A stretch of 64,000 nucleotides of DNA from Candidatus Multivorans sp. (lineage in GTDB: Bacteria > Acidobacteriota > Thermoanaerobaculia > Multivoradales > Multivoraceae), in the NCBI GenBank assembly GCA_965206765.1, contig OZ242222.1:129662-193661 (forward strand). Direction: 5' to 3'. Below are positions 55,315 to 64,000 of the stretch, one piece after another (position 1 is the stretch's first letter; each line of letters begins with the position of its first letter). The translations under genes were made by a program, and so were the position numbers. Below the pieces are notes generated by a model that did no database searches, was not told the origin of the DNA, and saw only the letters and a program-made list of their open reading frames with translations.

Positions 55315-56399
55315 AAGCCGGCCGTGGCCAGGCTCTCCCGGTCCGGCGCCAGCGACTCGGGCAGGGCGTCGATTCGCGCCGGCAGGGGAGTGGTCTGGGC
55401 GTCGATCCGGTACCGGTCGAAGCCGGCCGCGTGCAGCCAGTCCTCCAGCGTGCGCCGAGTGAAGAACCGGAAGTGGGTGGCGCAGAGCAGGCCCATGGCC
55501 ACGTAGTCCCAGCGCCCTGCAATCAGATCCTCGACCACCGAGTAGTGGCCGACGTTGGGCACCGAGAACACCATTCGGCCGCCGGGACGGAGCCAGCCGG
55601 CTGCCCGCTCCAGGAAAGCCTGCCCGTCCGTCAGATGCTCGAACAACTCGAAGGCGACGATCGCGTCGAAGGTCTCGCCCGGTTCAAGGGTCTGAACGTC
55701 GCCGCGGATCACCCGGTCGACGCGCGCTGCCGCTGCCGCCGCCGCTTCGGGGTTCAGTTCGATTCCGACCACGCGGCAGCCGAACCGCTCTTTGAGCAAC
55801 GCTCCGGTCGCGGCGCGTCCGCAGCCGATCTCCAGCACGGACGATGCGGGTCCGAGGTCCTCTGGCAGCAGGGGCAGGACGTCGGCGCGCTCGCCGCCGT
55901 AGTAATCGATGAACTGGTAACAGAGGCCGGCGCGCAGCCCAACGGGGCGTTCACCTGCCGCCCACCTGGCCGCCGCGGCGCGGGACAGGAGGACGGCGGG
56001 ACTTAGGCCCTGCTCGGGGGGTGCGGTTGCCGGGTTCGCGGCGCCGCCGGCGAGCCAGGCCGACTCGGCGAGTTCGTAGTCGGCCAGGGTGAACAGGTCG
56101 CTGCCCGCCTCCGGTCCGGTCGTCGTCAGGTCGGTCGCGTAGACGGCGCCCTGGTCACGGCCCTCGCCGCTGGTCAGTTCCTCCCGCATCCGCTCCAGGG
56201 AAGCCCGGCCGATCAGGACGCGGCAGGACTCAAGGATCAGCACCGCTTCGGCGCCATCCGGCGGCGTAGCAGGCGGCTTTGCCATGACCTCGACATCCCC
56301 GAAGACGGCGCGGGCCTCACCGCTCAGCCAGCGGCGGAGGTACCACCACTCGGCGGACGCTTCCGCTTCGGCGTTCCAGGGCAGAACCAGCAACAGCAT
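55293..56399 (-). CDS. class I SAM-dependent methyltransferase with an uncharacterised N-terminal domain of about 190 aa
   Basis: VLEIGCGRAATGALL (motif I), DAIVAFELFEHL and LRPGGRMVFSVPN match Methyltransf_11/12-like motifs. Confidence 0.65.
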   Translation of the reverse strand: MLLLVLPWNAEAEASAEWWYLRRWLSGEARAVFGDVEVMAKPPATPPDGAEAVLILESCRVLIGRASLERMREELTSGEGRDQGAVYATDLTTTGPEAGSDLFTLADYELAESAWLAGGAANPATAPPEQGLSPAVLLSRAAAARWAAGERPVGLRAGLCYQFIDYYGGERADVLPLLPEDLGPASSVLEIGCGRAATGALLKERFGCRVVGIELNPEAAAAAAARVDRVIRGDVQTLEPGETFDAIVAFELFEHLTDGQAFLERAAGWLRPGGRMVFSVPNVGHYSVVEDLIAGRWDYVAMGLLCATHFRFFTRRTLEDWLHAAGFDRYRIDAQTTPLPARIDALPESLAPDRESLATAGFYVSIFV

Positions 56400-56441
56400 G
56401 GCGTGATCGTAACGTCGGTGCGAGCGCGGCCGAGGTTGGTG

Positions 56442-57512
56442 CTACAGCCTCGCCATGACCTGGTCGTGGAACTGCTCGATGACCCGCTCCTGGGTGGCGA
56501 GCGACGGCAGCAGCATGAGTTGATCGAGCCCGGCGTCGGCGAGGGTCCGGACCTGGGCGCGCACTTCCTCGGCCGTCCCCGCCAGGCAGGAGGCCCGGAT
56601 CAGGTCCGGGGTGACGAACCGCTCCTCCTCAGGCAGGGAGTAGGTGCAGTGGCCGGCGTGAACGCGCAGGTGGCGGCCCCGCGCCGGCGTCCGCTCGACC
56701 AGTTGGCGGTAGTCGTCCCAGACCGGGCGCACGTGGGGCGGCGGTTCCCGGTTGAACTGGTGCTGCTGGTCGTAAAGGTAGTGCAGGCCGGAGAGCACGA
56801 AGGGGCCGCATTCCTCGATCACCCGCGGTGAGGTCAGATCCTCTCCGGCTTCCAGGATCACCGCTGTGGTCAGTGAGCAGGTGTAGAAGTTCTGGCGGTC
56901 GAAGTCACGGCCTGCGGCTTCCGCGCCCCGCCGGCAGTTCTCGATCGCGCGGTCGAACAGGGCGGCGTTCGGGGGAATCGACATGACCAGGCCATCGCCG
57001 ACTTCGCCGGCCAGGGCCTGGCTCTTCGGACCGAAGCCGGAGACGTACATCGGGATCCGGGGTTCGGTGGCGATGAAGCCCTGTTCCTCCATCAGGAACC
57101 GGAGCGGCTCGGTGCGACCCCGAAAGGCGAAGTCGGTTTCCTCGCCGTTGAGCAGCGCCCGCACCACGCGCAGGTACTCGCCGAACTCGGCGACGCCGAC
57201 CGGCCGGTGCCCCATCAGCCGCATGGCCGTGTTGCCGGCGCCGATGCCGAGAAAGGTACGCCCCGGAGCGATCCGGTTGATCGTCGCGATGCTGTGCGCC
57301 GTCACCGGCGCGATCCGGGTCCCCGTGATCGCCACCCCGGTCCCGAGCTTGATCCGGGTCGTCCGCGCCGCCGCCAGCGCCATGACCGCATAGCAGTCCG
57401 ACCAGATCATCTGGCTGTCGGCAAGCCAGGCGTGGCTGTAGCCCAGCGCCTCCGCCCGCTCGATGTAGCCGATGTCGTCGATCTTGCTGGCGACGCAGAT
57501 GCCGAAGTCCAT
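56442..57512 (-). CDS. LLM-class (luciferase-like) flavin/F420-dependent oxidoreductase
   Basis: The internal ATG gives MDFGICVASKIDDIGYIERAEALGYSHAWLADSQ, a TIM-barrel LLM signature. The longer ORF to 57875 has an Arg/Ser-rich, implausible N-extension. Confidence 0.7.
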   Translation of the reverse strand: MDFGICVASKIDDIGYIERAEALGYSHAWLADSQMIWSDCYAVMALAAARTTRIKLGTGVAITGTRIAPVTAHSIATINRIAPGRTFLGIGAGNTAMRLMGHRPVGVAEFGEYLRVVRALLNGEETDFAFRGRTEPLRFLMEEQGFIATEPRIPMYVSGFGPKSQALAGEVGDGLVMSIPPNAALFDRAIENCRRGAEAAGRDFDRQNFYTCSLTTAVILEAGEDLTSPRVIEECGPFVLSGLHYLYDQQHQFNREPPPHVRPVWDDYRQLVERTPARGRHLRVHAGHCTYSLPEEERFVTPDLIRASCLAGTAEEVRAQVRTLADAGLDQLMLLPSLATQERVIEQFHDQVMARL

Positions 57513-57844
57513 TGCCGTGTCTCCCGCAGCGGAAAGGCGGCAGTGTATCTGCGGAGACGTAGCCTGCACCCGCCCGCTTTGGCCCTCAGGGGAGAGGGTC
57601 CCAGGGGCCGCTCGCGCTTGTTTGGTAGCACGGGAGTTGGCGCTCGCTGCGGTCGGCAGCGCTCCGGTTCGGCGTCGGACGATGAGATGGCGCCGGGCGT
57701 CGCTTGCCGACAGCCTCGCCGGGACCCTCTCCTCCGACCCGGAGCGGGCTGGAGGGCGTCGGCGTACTGCACAGACAGTGGCGCTTGAAGCTGCGGCCAG
57801 CTCGGAACTTCTGGTAGCGGCGGTGAACCATCGACGTAGGGGAG

Positions 57845-57898
57845 GTGGTGTCGAGTTCGTCCCTTGTGTGCTCACTAAAGTTACTGTAAATTTGGTGA
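57845..57898 (+). promoter_or_regulatory. AT-rich putative promoter region upstream of the ATPase gene
   Basis: ctcactaaagttactgtaaatttggtgaatgctg is unusually AT-rich for this window (TTACTG...TAAATT). Confidence 0.3.
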
Positions 57899-58999
57899 AT
57901 GCTGTTCCTGAGCCAAAGGCCTCTGAGCCGAGGCGACCTCGACCGGGAGTTGTTTGCAGGCCGGGAGGCCGAGCTTGAGCGGCTCCGGAGAGCCGCGCGG
58001 CTGGACTACAACGTGCTCTTGTTGGGGGAGCCGGGTGCCGGAGTCACCTCGCTTCTGAACCAGCACGCCCGGGGGCTTGAGGAAGCGGGCCAGAGAGCCT
58101 GCGTGGTCAGTGCCTTGGGAGCTCAATCCGTGTTCCAGCTTGCTACGACCATCCGCATTGCCGCCGCCGGTCCGAGACCGGCGCGAACCGTCGTCCGTCC
58201 GCGCCACCCTATGGCGGATCTTCGCGAGCGCCTTCGCGAGGCCAGTTTCCCGTGGGGAACGGAGACCAGGAAGATCCCTGGAGATCCCGATCCTGTAGGG
58301 CCTCTGCGAGACCTCATCGACGAACTTGGCGAGGCAGATCCGTTCTACGAGGCCGAGTCTGTCCGGTTCTCAGTCCTTTTGGACGGCATCTCAGATCCCG
58401 CTTTGATTCACCGTCTGTTCGGTCGCTGTCGCGACGAAGTATGGGGACTCCCCCTCCGGTGGGTGGTCGCTGGGCGTCTCGATGCTCGAGACCGCTATCT
58501 TGAGTCGCCAGCCGATGTGTTCTTCGATACCGAAGTCGTCGCGGAGCCGCTTCATGCCGACGAGGCGCGCAACTTGGTCGTGGCTCGCCTTGAGAGAGCG
58601 GCGCCGGGTGACGAGGCCGACGTCCGGAGAATTCGGAGCCGACTCGACCAGATCGTCGAGCGTGGCGCCGGCGTTCCGCGCCGACTTCTGGCGGCCGCTC
58701 GCGAGGCACTGCTGAGCACCGCTGAGGAAGCAAAGACCATCGACGAGGCGCTTGCCGTTGCCGCTTCGCTGGGCAAGACCGAGTCGGCCGTTATGCACTA
58801 TCTGGTCGCCAGTGGCGCCACCAGTGCGTCAGACGCGGACTTCTTGGCGGAACTCGGTGTCTCTCGCTCACGTGCCACGCAGGTCCTCAAGCGACTTGAG
58901 GCGTCGAGTCTCGTCCTGATCTCAGAGATGCGTACGGGTCGCGGCAGGCCGCGCAGGTTGTATCGCCCTGTAGGCACGAGGCCAGAGGAGGAGTCGTGA
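57899..58999 (+). CDS. AAA_16/ORC-Cdc6-like P-loop protein with Walker A Lys replaced by Val, plus a C-terminal winged-HTH
   Basis: FAGREAELERLRRAARLDYNVLLLGEPGAGVTSLLNQ has GxxGxGVTS where GK[ST] is expected. VRFSVLLDGISD is Walker B-like. The C-terminal LAELGVSRSRATQVLKRLEASSLV is MarR-like wHTH. Confidence 0.5.
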   Translation: MLFLSQRPLSRGDLDRELFAGREAELERLRRAARLDYNVLLLGEPGAGVTSLLNQHARGLEEAGQRACVVSALGAQSVFQLATTIRIAAAGPRPARTVVRPRHPMADLRERLREASFPWGTETRKIPGDPDPVGPLRDLIDELGEADPFYEAESVRFSVLLDGISDPALIHRLFGRCRDEVWGLPLRWVVAGRLDARDRYLESPADVFFDTEVVAEPLHADEARNLVVARLERAAPGDEADVRRIRSRLDQIVERGAGVPRRLLAAAREALLSTAEEAKTIDEALAVAASLGKTESAVMHYLVASGATSASDADFLAELGVSRSRATQVLKRLEASSLVLISEMRTGRGRPRRLYRPVGTRPEEES

Positions 59000-59712
59000 G
59001 CCGCGACCTCCTACGGTGGTTGCTCCACGCACACGTCCTTGACCGCGCACTGCCTCGCCCCGATGCCGGCCGCCACGACGACGTGGTTACGAAGCTCGGC
59101 GGACGCGTCTTGCAGTACCTGCTCGGTGGTATGGCCAATGAAGAAGCGCCGTGGCTGGGGTTGAAGGGAGTCGCTCTTGGCCAGAAAGGGCCTACGGACT
59201 TTGGCTTGTCGCTTAGGTGGCCTCCGTCTCGACTGCTGCGGGCCGAGCGTCTACCAGTGGCGACGACGCGGGAGCAAGTGATGGCGAACGTCTATGCGGC
59301 CCTCGGGTGGCATGGAAGTCGCCAACCGCGCGACGAGCGAGCCGTCGTCCGGTCCGTGCGGACGCCGCCGGGCCTTCAAGATGTTCGGGTCGACCACGCC
59401 TTCGTGGAGCATGTTGCCAAGTACCCGAGTCGCGGCGAGTTCGCCAACTACATCCTGCCCGCTTTGAGGGAGCCTCACGAGGTTTGGTTGACCCAGGTCG
59501 GTTCAGGTAGCGGTGCGGTGTACCGTCCTCACTTTCTTGCCGCCTTCGATGGCGGCACGACCGTCGTGATTGCCGTCAAGTCAGTCGAAGAGTCGGTCGC
59601 CTGGAGTTTCTTCCCTATGAAGCGCCGGACGACTATCCGAAAGCGGCGGAAAGGGGTGGTCCTCTACGCTGGCCCCAAGGAGTATCCGGTTGAGGGCGCG
59701 CGTCGCGGGTAG
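58996..59712 (+). CDS. hypothetical protein translationally coupled to the ATPase
   Basis: 238 aa; its start overlaps the upstream stop by 4 nt. No recognisable motifs (EFANYILPALREPHEVWLT...VVIAVKSVEESVAWSFFPMK). Lys/Arg-rich tail. Confidence 0.4.
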   Translation: MSRDLLRWLLHAHVLDRALPRPDAGRHDDVVTKLGGRVLQYLLGGMANEEAPWLGLKGVALGQKGPTDFGLSLRWPPSRLLRAERLPVATTREQVMANVYAALGWHGSRQPRDERAVVRSVRTPPGLQDVRVDHAFVEHVAKYPSRGEFANYILPALREPHEVWLTQVGSGSGAVYRPHFLAAFDGGTTVVIAVKSVEESVAWSFFPMKRRTTIRKRRKGVVLYAGPKEYPVEGARRG

Positions 59713-60067
59713 GAGAGGCTGGAGCCTGCCGCTGCCTCGGGCTCGCCGGCTCACGTGGCAGGTCGATACTGAACGCCGGACGCGAACCCCCAGCGACGCG
59801 CGCAGTATGACCCTAGCATGGGCGCCGCTACGGCAGCGAGGGAACCTGCGCCTCGATTCGCGGCCGGCGATGCTGATCGGTTGTTGGCAACGCTCGGAAA
59901 GTGAGCCACCCACCGTTTGGAAAGTGAGCCACCTCGGCCGTGTTGAGTGTACGCGAGTCTTCTCTCGTCGGTCCCCTTGAGTCAGTAGCAGTAGCGGCAG
60001 CTTCCGCAGCCGGCGACCGTTGCGGTGCTCTCAGCGGCGGTCCGGTTGCGGGTGGTGGGGTCCGTAT

Positions 60068-60820
60068 TCACGAGGGGCTTCTCCGCAGCCGTGTCCGATA
60101 GGAGGAGCCCTTGGTGGCGAGGATGTGGGCGTGGTGTGAGAGGCGGTCGAGCAGAGCCGTGGTGAGCTTCTCGTCGCCGAATACGCGGACCCACTCGGAG
60201 AAGGCGAGGTTGGAGGTGACGATTGTCGAGCGGCGCTCGTAGCGGTCGGCGAAGACGTTGAAGAGCAGCTCGCCGCCGGCGCGGTCGAAGGGCACGAAGC
60301 CGAGCTCGTCGCAGATCAGGAGGTCGGTCCGCTGAAGCCGCTGCTGGAGGCGGCCCAGCTCCCGCTGGTCGCGGGCTTCGAGGAGATCGCGGACGAGGTC
60401 GGATGCCTTGCGGAACCAGACCCGGCGGCGGCGCTTCGCGGCCTCGATGCCCAGCGCGATCGCGAGATGCGTCTTGCCGGTGCCGATGGGTCCGACCAGG
60501 ACGACATCGTCGCCGCGGTCGATGTAGTCGCAGGCCGCCAGCTCTCGCAGCTTCGGCTTGGACACTCCTTGCAGCGCCTCGAAGTCGATCTGCTCGAGCG
60601 TCTTGTGGTCGGGGAAGCGGGCCGCCCGCAGCCGGCGCTCGACGGTGCGGGCCTCACGATCCCGGATCTCGGCCTCGAGCAGTTGCCAGAGGTAGTCCTC
60701 GTAGTCCCACTGCGCGTCCTGGGCCTGACGCGCCCGCTGCTCGTAGTCGCGCAGCACGGAAGGCATCTTGAGCGTCTTGAGGCCCTCCTTGATGACGGCT
60801 CTGCGCGCGGCCCGGCTCAC
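60068..60820 (-). CDS. istB: IS21 helper ATPase IstB
   Basis: VVLVGPIGTGKTHLAIALG is Walker A. DLLICDELGFVP is Walker B. 250 aa. Confidence 0.85.
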   Translation of the reverse strand: MSRAARRAVIKEGLKTLKMPSVLRDYEQRARQAQDAQWDYEDYLWQLLEAEIRDREARTVERRLRAARFPDHKTLEQIDFEALQGVSKPKLRELAACDYIDRGDDVVLVGPIGTGKTHLAIALGIEAAKRRRRVWFRKASDLVRDLLEARDQRELGRLQQRLQRTDLLICDELGFVPFDRAGGELLFNVFADRYERRSTIVTSNLAFSEWVRVFGDEKLTTALLDRLSHHAHILATKGSSYRTRLRRSPS

Positions 60821-62009
60821 GATGCCGCCTCCTGAAGCAGCACGTCGAAGTCGGCGGCTCTGGCGCTCTCGATCTCGTGGCGCCGGAGTGTCTCCGGCAC
60901 TTCCATCCGTGGCGCGGCGCTCCGCGCGACAAGTCCCAGCAGGTCGAAGCGGCCGGCGGCCAAGGCTTCCTCAAGAGCGGAGGCGGAGCGACTTGCCGCA
61001 CCGCCTGAGGCTTACGGGACAACTCCTCGAAGTAGTGCGCGTAACGCACCAGGCGCTGTCCCGGCCGCACCAGGTCGCAGCGGTACTCCTCTCTGCGGCA
61101 GATGAAGGTGATCTCCTTGGCGCCGACGAGGGCATGGACCTGGAGGCTCTTCCACCGCGAGGGAACCGAGTAGGTCGCGCCGCCCAACTGCACCGTCGCC
61201 TGCCTCGACACGCGCACGATCCTGAGCTTCCGCGTCTCGAACGCGGTAGGCGGCAGGTCGCGCAGAGCCGCCTGCTCCTCCTGCCACCGCGCACGGTTAC
61301 CGTGCGCGGCGTCCACCGAAGTCAGCACGCCCCGTGCGATCTCCTCCAGACGGCGCCCTTGAGGCACCGGACTCATGTGCGCCAGACGGATTCCCTTGCC
61401 CCGCGACTCCACACTGCCGTTGTCGTGCCCCTCGCCGGGGCGGGCGAAGCACGGCTCGAACAGGTAGTGGCTCACCAGTGCCTGGAATCGATCCGTCAAC
61501 TGACGCTTGGCGCCCACCCGGCGCCGCACGGCGGCACTCAGATTGTCATAGACCAAGCGCAGCGGTACGCCGCCGAAGTGCGCGAACGCTCGCACGTGGC
61601 CGTCGAGAAACGCCACCTGGTCGCAGCGGTCGTACAGCCACACCAACGAACGGCCTGAGTACGGCAGGTGCAGCAAGAACTTCCACACCCGGTGCGCCAC
61701 GCCGTCCTCCTCGACCGTTACCTCGAAGAAGTCCACCTGGCCACACTCGCCGGCACGGTGCACCAGCGGTATGAACGTCTCCTGGCGCTGACGCTTCCAC
61801 TCCCGAACGTAGCTGCGCACCGTCGTGATCCCGACCTCGCACCCCTCCTCCAGCAACTGGCGATGCAGACGAGTAGCCGTCAGACGCTGCTTCGCCGTCG
61901 TCCGGCGAGACCACCTGCTCAGCAACTCCTCCAGACGAGGCGCCACCCGCTCCGTCACCAACCGCCGCCGCGGCTTGCTCTCCACCCGCCGCGGCTCGCT
62001 CTGATCCAT
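60817..62009 (-). pseudogene. istA: IS21 transposase IstA carrying a frameshift near 60985
   Basis: N-terminal HTH and DDE core (GQVDFFEVTV...) are intact up to ...HYFEELSRKPQAVRQVAPP. The genuine C-terminus ALEEALAAGRFDLLGLVARSAAPRMEVPETLRRHEIESARAADFDVLLQEAAS* is in another frame and ends in ATGA overlapping the istB start. The ORF track shows a run-on 451-aa ORF instead. Confidence 0.7.
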
Positions 62010-62099
62010 GTGTCAATGGCAGCCGAAAATGTCCCATTTCTGGCAACTGAAAATGTCCCACTTTGGCTGGGGTCGTTGGGTGTGGCTCCGATAGCGGTC

Positions 62100-63835
62100 G
62101 GGCGATGCCCTTCGGCGGTCCGGGGTCGGACGTAGGGAGCGGAGCGACCGGAGGCCGAGCCCGGACCCGCGGCGCGGCGGCGGGTGGTGGTGGTCACGAC
62201 TCGGCTCCTTGATGGCTTTCGCGCGACGCCGATCGCAGCAGGTCCTGGTGGGCTCTCATCCGGTAGCTGTTGCCGCGGATGTTGACGATGTGGCAGTGGT
62301 GCAGGAGGCGGTCGATAAGAGCTGCGGCCATGATCTCGTCCCCGAGCACGCCTCCCCGTTCCTCAAAGCCCTTGTTGGAGGTGAGCACCGTCGACGCGCG
62401 CTCGTGACGTGCATTGATCAACTGGAAGAAGAGCACGGCGCCGTCCTGGCTGACGGGCAGATAGCCGATCTCGTCGACCACCAGCAGCGCGGGATGGGTG
62501 AGCACGCGCAGCCGCCGGTTGTTGCGCAGCACGATCTGGGCGGAGAGCAGGCCCTCGATCGCCTCCGAGGCGGTCACCGCCCCGCTGTCCGCCTGCGCCA
62601 GGATGCCGTCCACAGCCTCCAGGGCGCCTGGCAGCTTCAGGTCCGCCAGCATCGCCCGCAGCCGGTCGCGCCGGTCGCCCGCCAGCGCTTTTACCTGACC
62701 GCCTCCGAGTACACCCGCAGCGAACGTCGTTGCACCTCCACCGGCGCCAGCGGCGTACACCTGGGCGCCGCGGCCTGCCGGGCGCCCAGGCGCCGGTAAG
62801 GATGGAGCGCCAGGGGGCGAAGCACCTGGCGCTCGTCACGCTCGAAGCGGTCCACGGGGCGCTCGCCCGTCTTGCCGTGCCGGCGCACGTTGGCAGTGCC
62901 CTCCAGCCAGCGCGCCGCCTGCTGATTCAGGTCCGCGTCATTCACGAACACCCGGCCGTAGAAGAAACTGTCGCGGAGGTACCGGATCGGCCGCTCCACC
63001 TTGCCCTTCGTCTGTGCACGGTACGGCTGGCACGACCGCGGGGCGAAACCCCAGTGCGCGGCGAACCGCAGGAACTCGGCATTCAAGATCAACTCGCCTC
63101 CGCCGCCGCGATCGTCCGACACGACCACGGCGCGCATCTGGTCGAACAAGAGCTCCTGCGGTACGCCCCCGAACCGCTCGAAAGCGCTCTCGAGTCCCTC
63201 GATCAGCACCGACATCGTCTGTCGGGAGTAGAAACGCAGCCACAAGAGCCGGGAGTAGCCGAGCACCACCAGCAGCGCGTAGCGGCAGCCCCCAGGGCAG
63301 CCTGAACGTGCCGAAGTCCACCTGGCCCTGACGACCCGCCGGAGTCTCGAAGCGCACCAACGGCGCCCGAGGCGCCCGTGGCCGCACCTCCCGCACGTAG
63401 TCCCTCACCCGGCTGTAGCCGCCCTCGTAGCCAGTAGCGCGCACCTCGTCAAACAGGCGCTGCGCCGACAGCCTCGGAAACTCGCCGAGCCGCGCCTCGA
63501 TCAACTCCTTGTACGGGTCCAGCTTGTGCGCCACCCGTGCACGTGGCGAGTAGCCCGCTTCCCCTGACGACAGATCCCGGTCCAACTGCCCCGACTCGAT
63601 CCACGAGTGGATCGTCCGACGACTCACCCGAGGCGCCTCGACAGCGCCGCCTTCGTGACCCCCTGCTCCAAGTAGTGCCTCAGCAACATCCTCGTCTCCC
63701 ATCCATGCATCTGTGCGTCGCTCCATGGTCGTTGGCGATGCCAACAGCTTGGAACGGCCGACCACCACCGACCGACTGCAAAGTGTGCAGTTCTCGGTTG
63801 CCACAAATGGGAGATTTACAGTTGCCCCCAATACC
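62100..63835 (-). mobile_element. degenerate IS21-family element (copy 2) abutting copy 1
   Basis: istB fragment 62194..62760 has Walker B LLVVDEIGYLP but the Walker A is displaced to another frame. istA is split into at least three frames (62691..63269, 62938..~63700, and the N-terminal HTH MHGWETRMLLRHYLEQGVTKAALSRRLG at ~63624..63710). An IS21-type terminal repeat CAAATGGGAGATTTACAGTTGCC lies at ~63795-63820. Confidence 0.55.
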
Positions 63836-63960
63836 ATGTACTTGCGCACCGTATTGCGCTCAATTGCGCTCACACCGTGCTCGCGGGCCACCGAGCGCTG
63901 GCTCCGACCCTCCACCAGCACCTGATGACGAATAACATGTACCTGATCCATCCTCAGCAA
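63836..63960 (-). pseudogene. N-terminal fragment of a third IS21-like istA, interrupted by copy 2
   Basis: MLRMDQVHVIRHQVLVEGRSQRSVAREHGVSAIERNTVRKY is the IstA N-terminal HTH. It ends where the copy-2 terminal repeats begin. Confidence 0.45.
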
Positions 63961-64000
63961 GTCCTTCCTCCGATCGCGTTGGTCTCCTGTACAAGACCAA

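Larger units (their letters stand above)
59880..62070 (-). mobile_element. IS21-family insertion sequence (copy 1) with repeated terminal motifs
   Basis: Contains istA+istB on the minus strand. Terminal multi-repeats GAAAATGTCCCA(T/C)TT x2 at 62024-62058 and GGAAAGTGAGCCACC x2 at 59896-59932. Confidence 0.7.

Noticed and set aside
60817-61010. Programmed ribosomal frameshifting in IS21 istA
   Set aside because: The IS21 family expresses IstA as a single unshifted ORF. The observed shift sits in a CCGCCTCCGC run and is better explained by a 1-nt indel (mutation or sequencing error).

Overview
This is a high-GC (about 68-70% by eye) bacterial chromosomal segment that mixes core genes with clearly accessory, horizontally acquired DNA. 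Core content, in rough order:

- pyrR-pyrB-pyrC.
- smc.
- An alternative complex III membrane module (actC-actD-actF), flanked by two paralogous cupredoxin-like proteins.
- An aa3-type cytochrome c oxidase cluster in the unusual order ctaD-ctaE-subunit IV-unknown-ctaC.
- A TcuA-like flavoprotein, an M23 peptidase, a HAD hydrolase, a Gfo/Idh/MocA oxidoreductase, a GT4 glycosyltransferase, a SAM methyltransferase and a luciferase-like oxidoreductase.
- An RND efflux pair with a MarR regulator.
- A PQQ alcohol dehydrogenase + di-heme cytochrome c + TonB-dependent receptor cluster. The dehydrogenase carries the lanthanide-type D-x-W-D-x-D signature.

Accessory content:

- A 1274-bp IS4/IS5-superfamily insertion sequence with perfect 17-bp inverted repeats and an 11-bp target duplication. 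It splits an already decayed OLD/Toprim-type nuclease gene.
- A lower-GC Type II-like restriction-modification (R-M) pair: a COG1743/DUF1156 Zn-ribbon methyltransferase and a PD-(D/E)xK nuclease.
- An AAA-like ATPase with a Lys->Val Walker A and a winged-HTH tail, translationally coupled to an unknown protein.
- A cluster of at least three tandem or nested IS21-family elements. One has a reconstructable istA frameshift.

The most unusual structure is a roughly 10-kb head-to-tail array at 23.4-33.5 kb. It holds four large secreted modular proteins and one embedded cytochrome c/copper-monooxygenase fusion gene. The four modular genes share a nearly nucleotide-identical 3' module (poly-proline linker, PKD domain and a Cys-containing terminal domain) together with the downstream spacer. 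Their N-terminal 'warhead' domains differ: a CxxCH heme-motif domain in two near-identical copies with hypervariable patches, a metzincin-like protease plus cadherin-like domain, and a degenerate protease. Mosaic SNP patterns indicate concerted evolution, and the Pro-linkers are encoded by length-polymorphic GGN simple repeats. The PSCyt1-type domain suggests, tentatively, a Planctomycetota-like host. No rRNA, tRNA or CRISPR was recognised.
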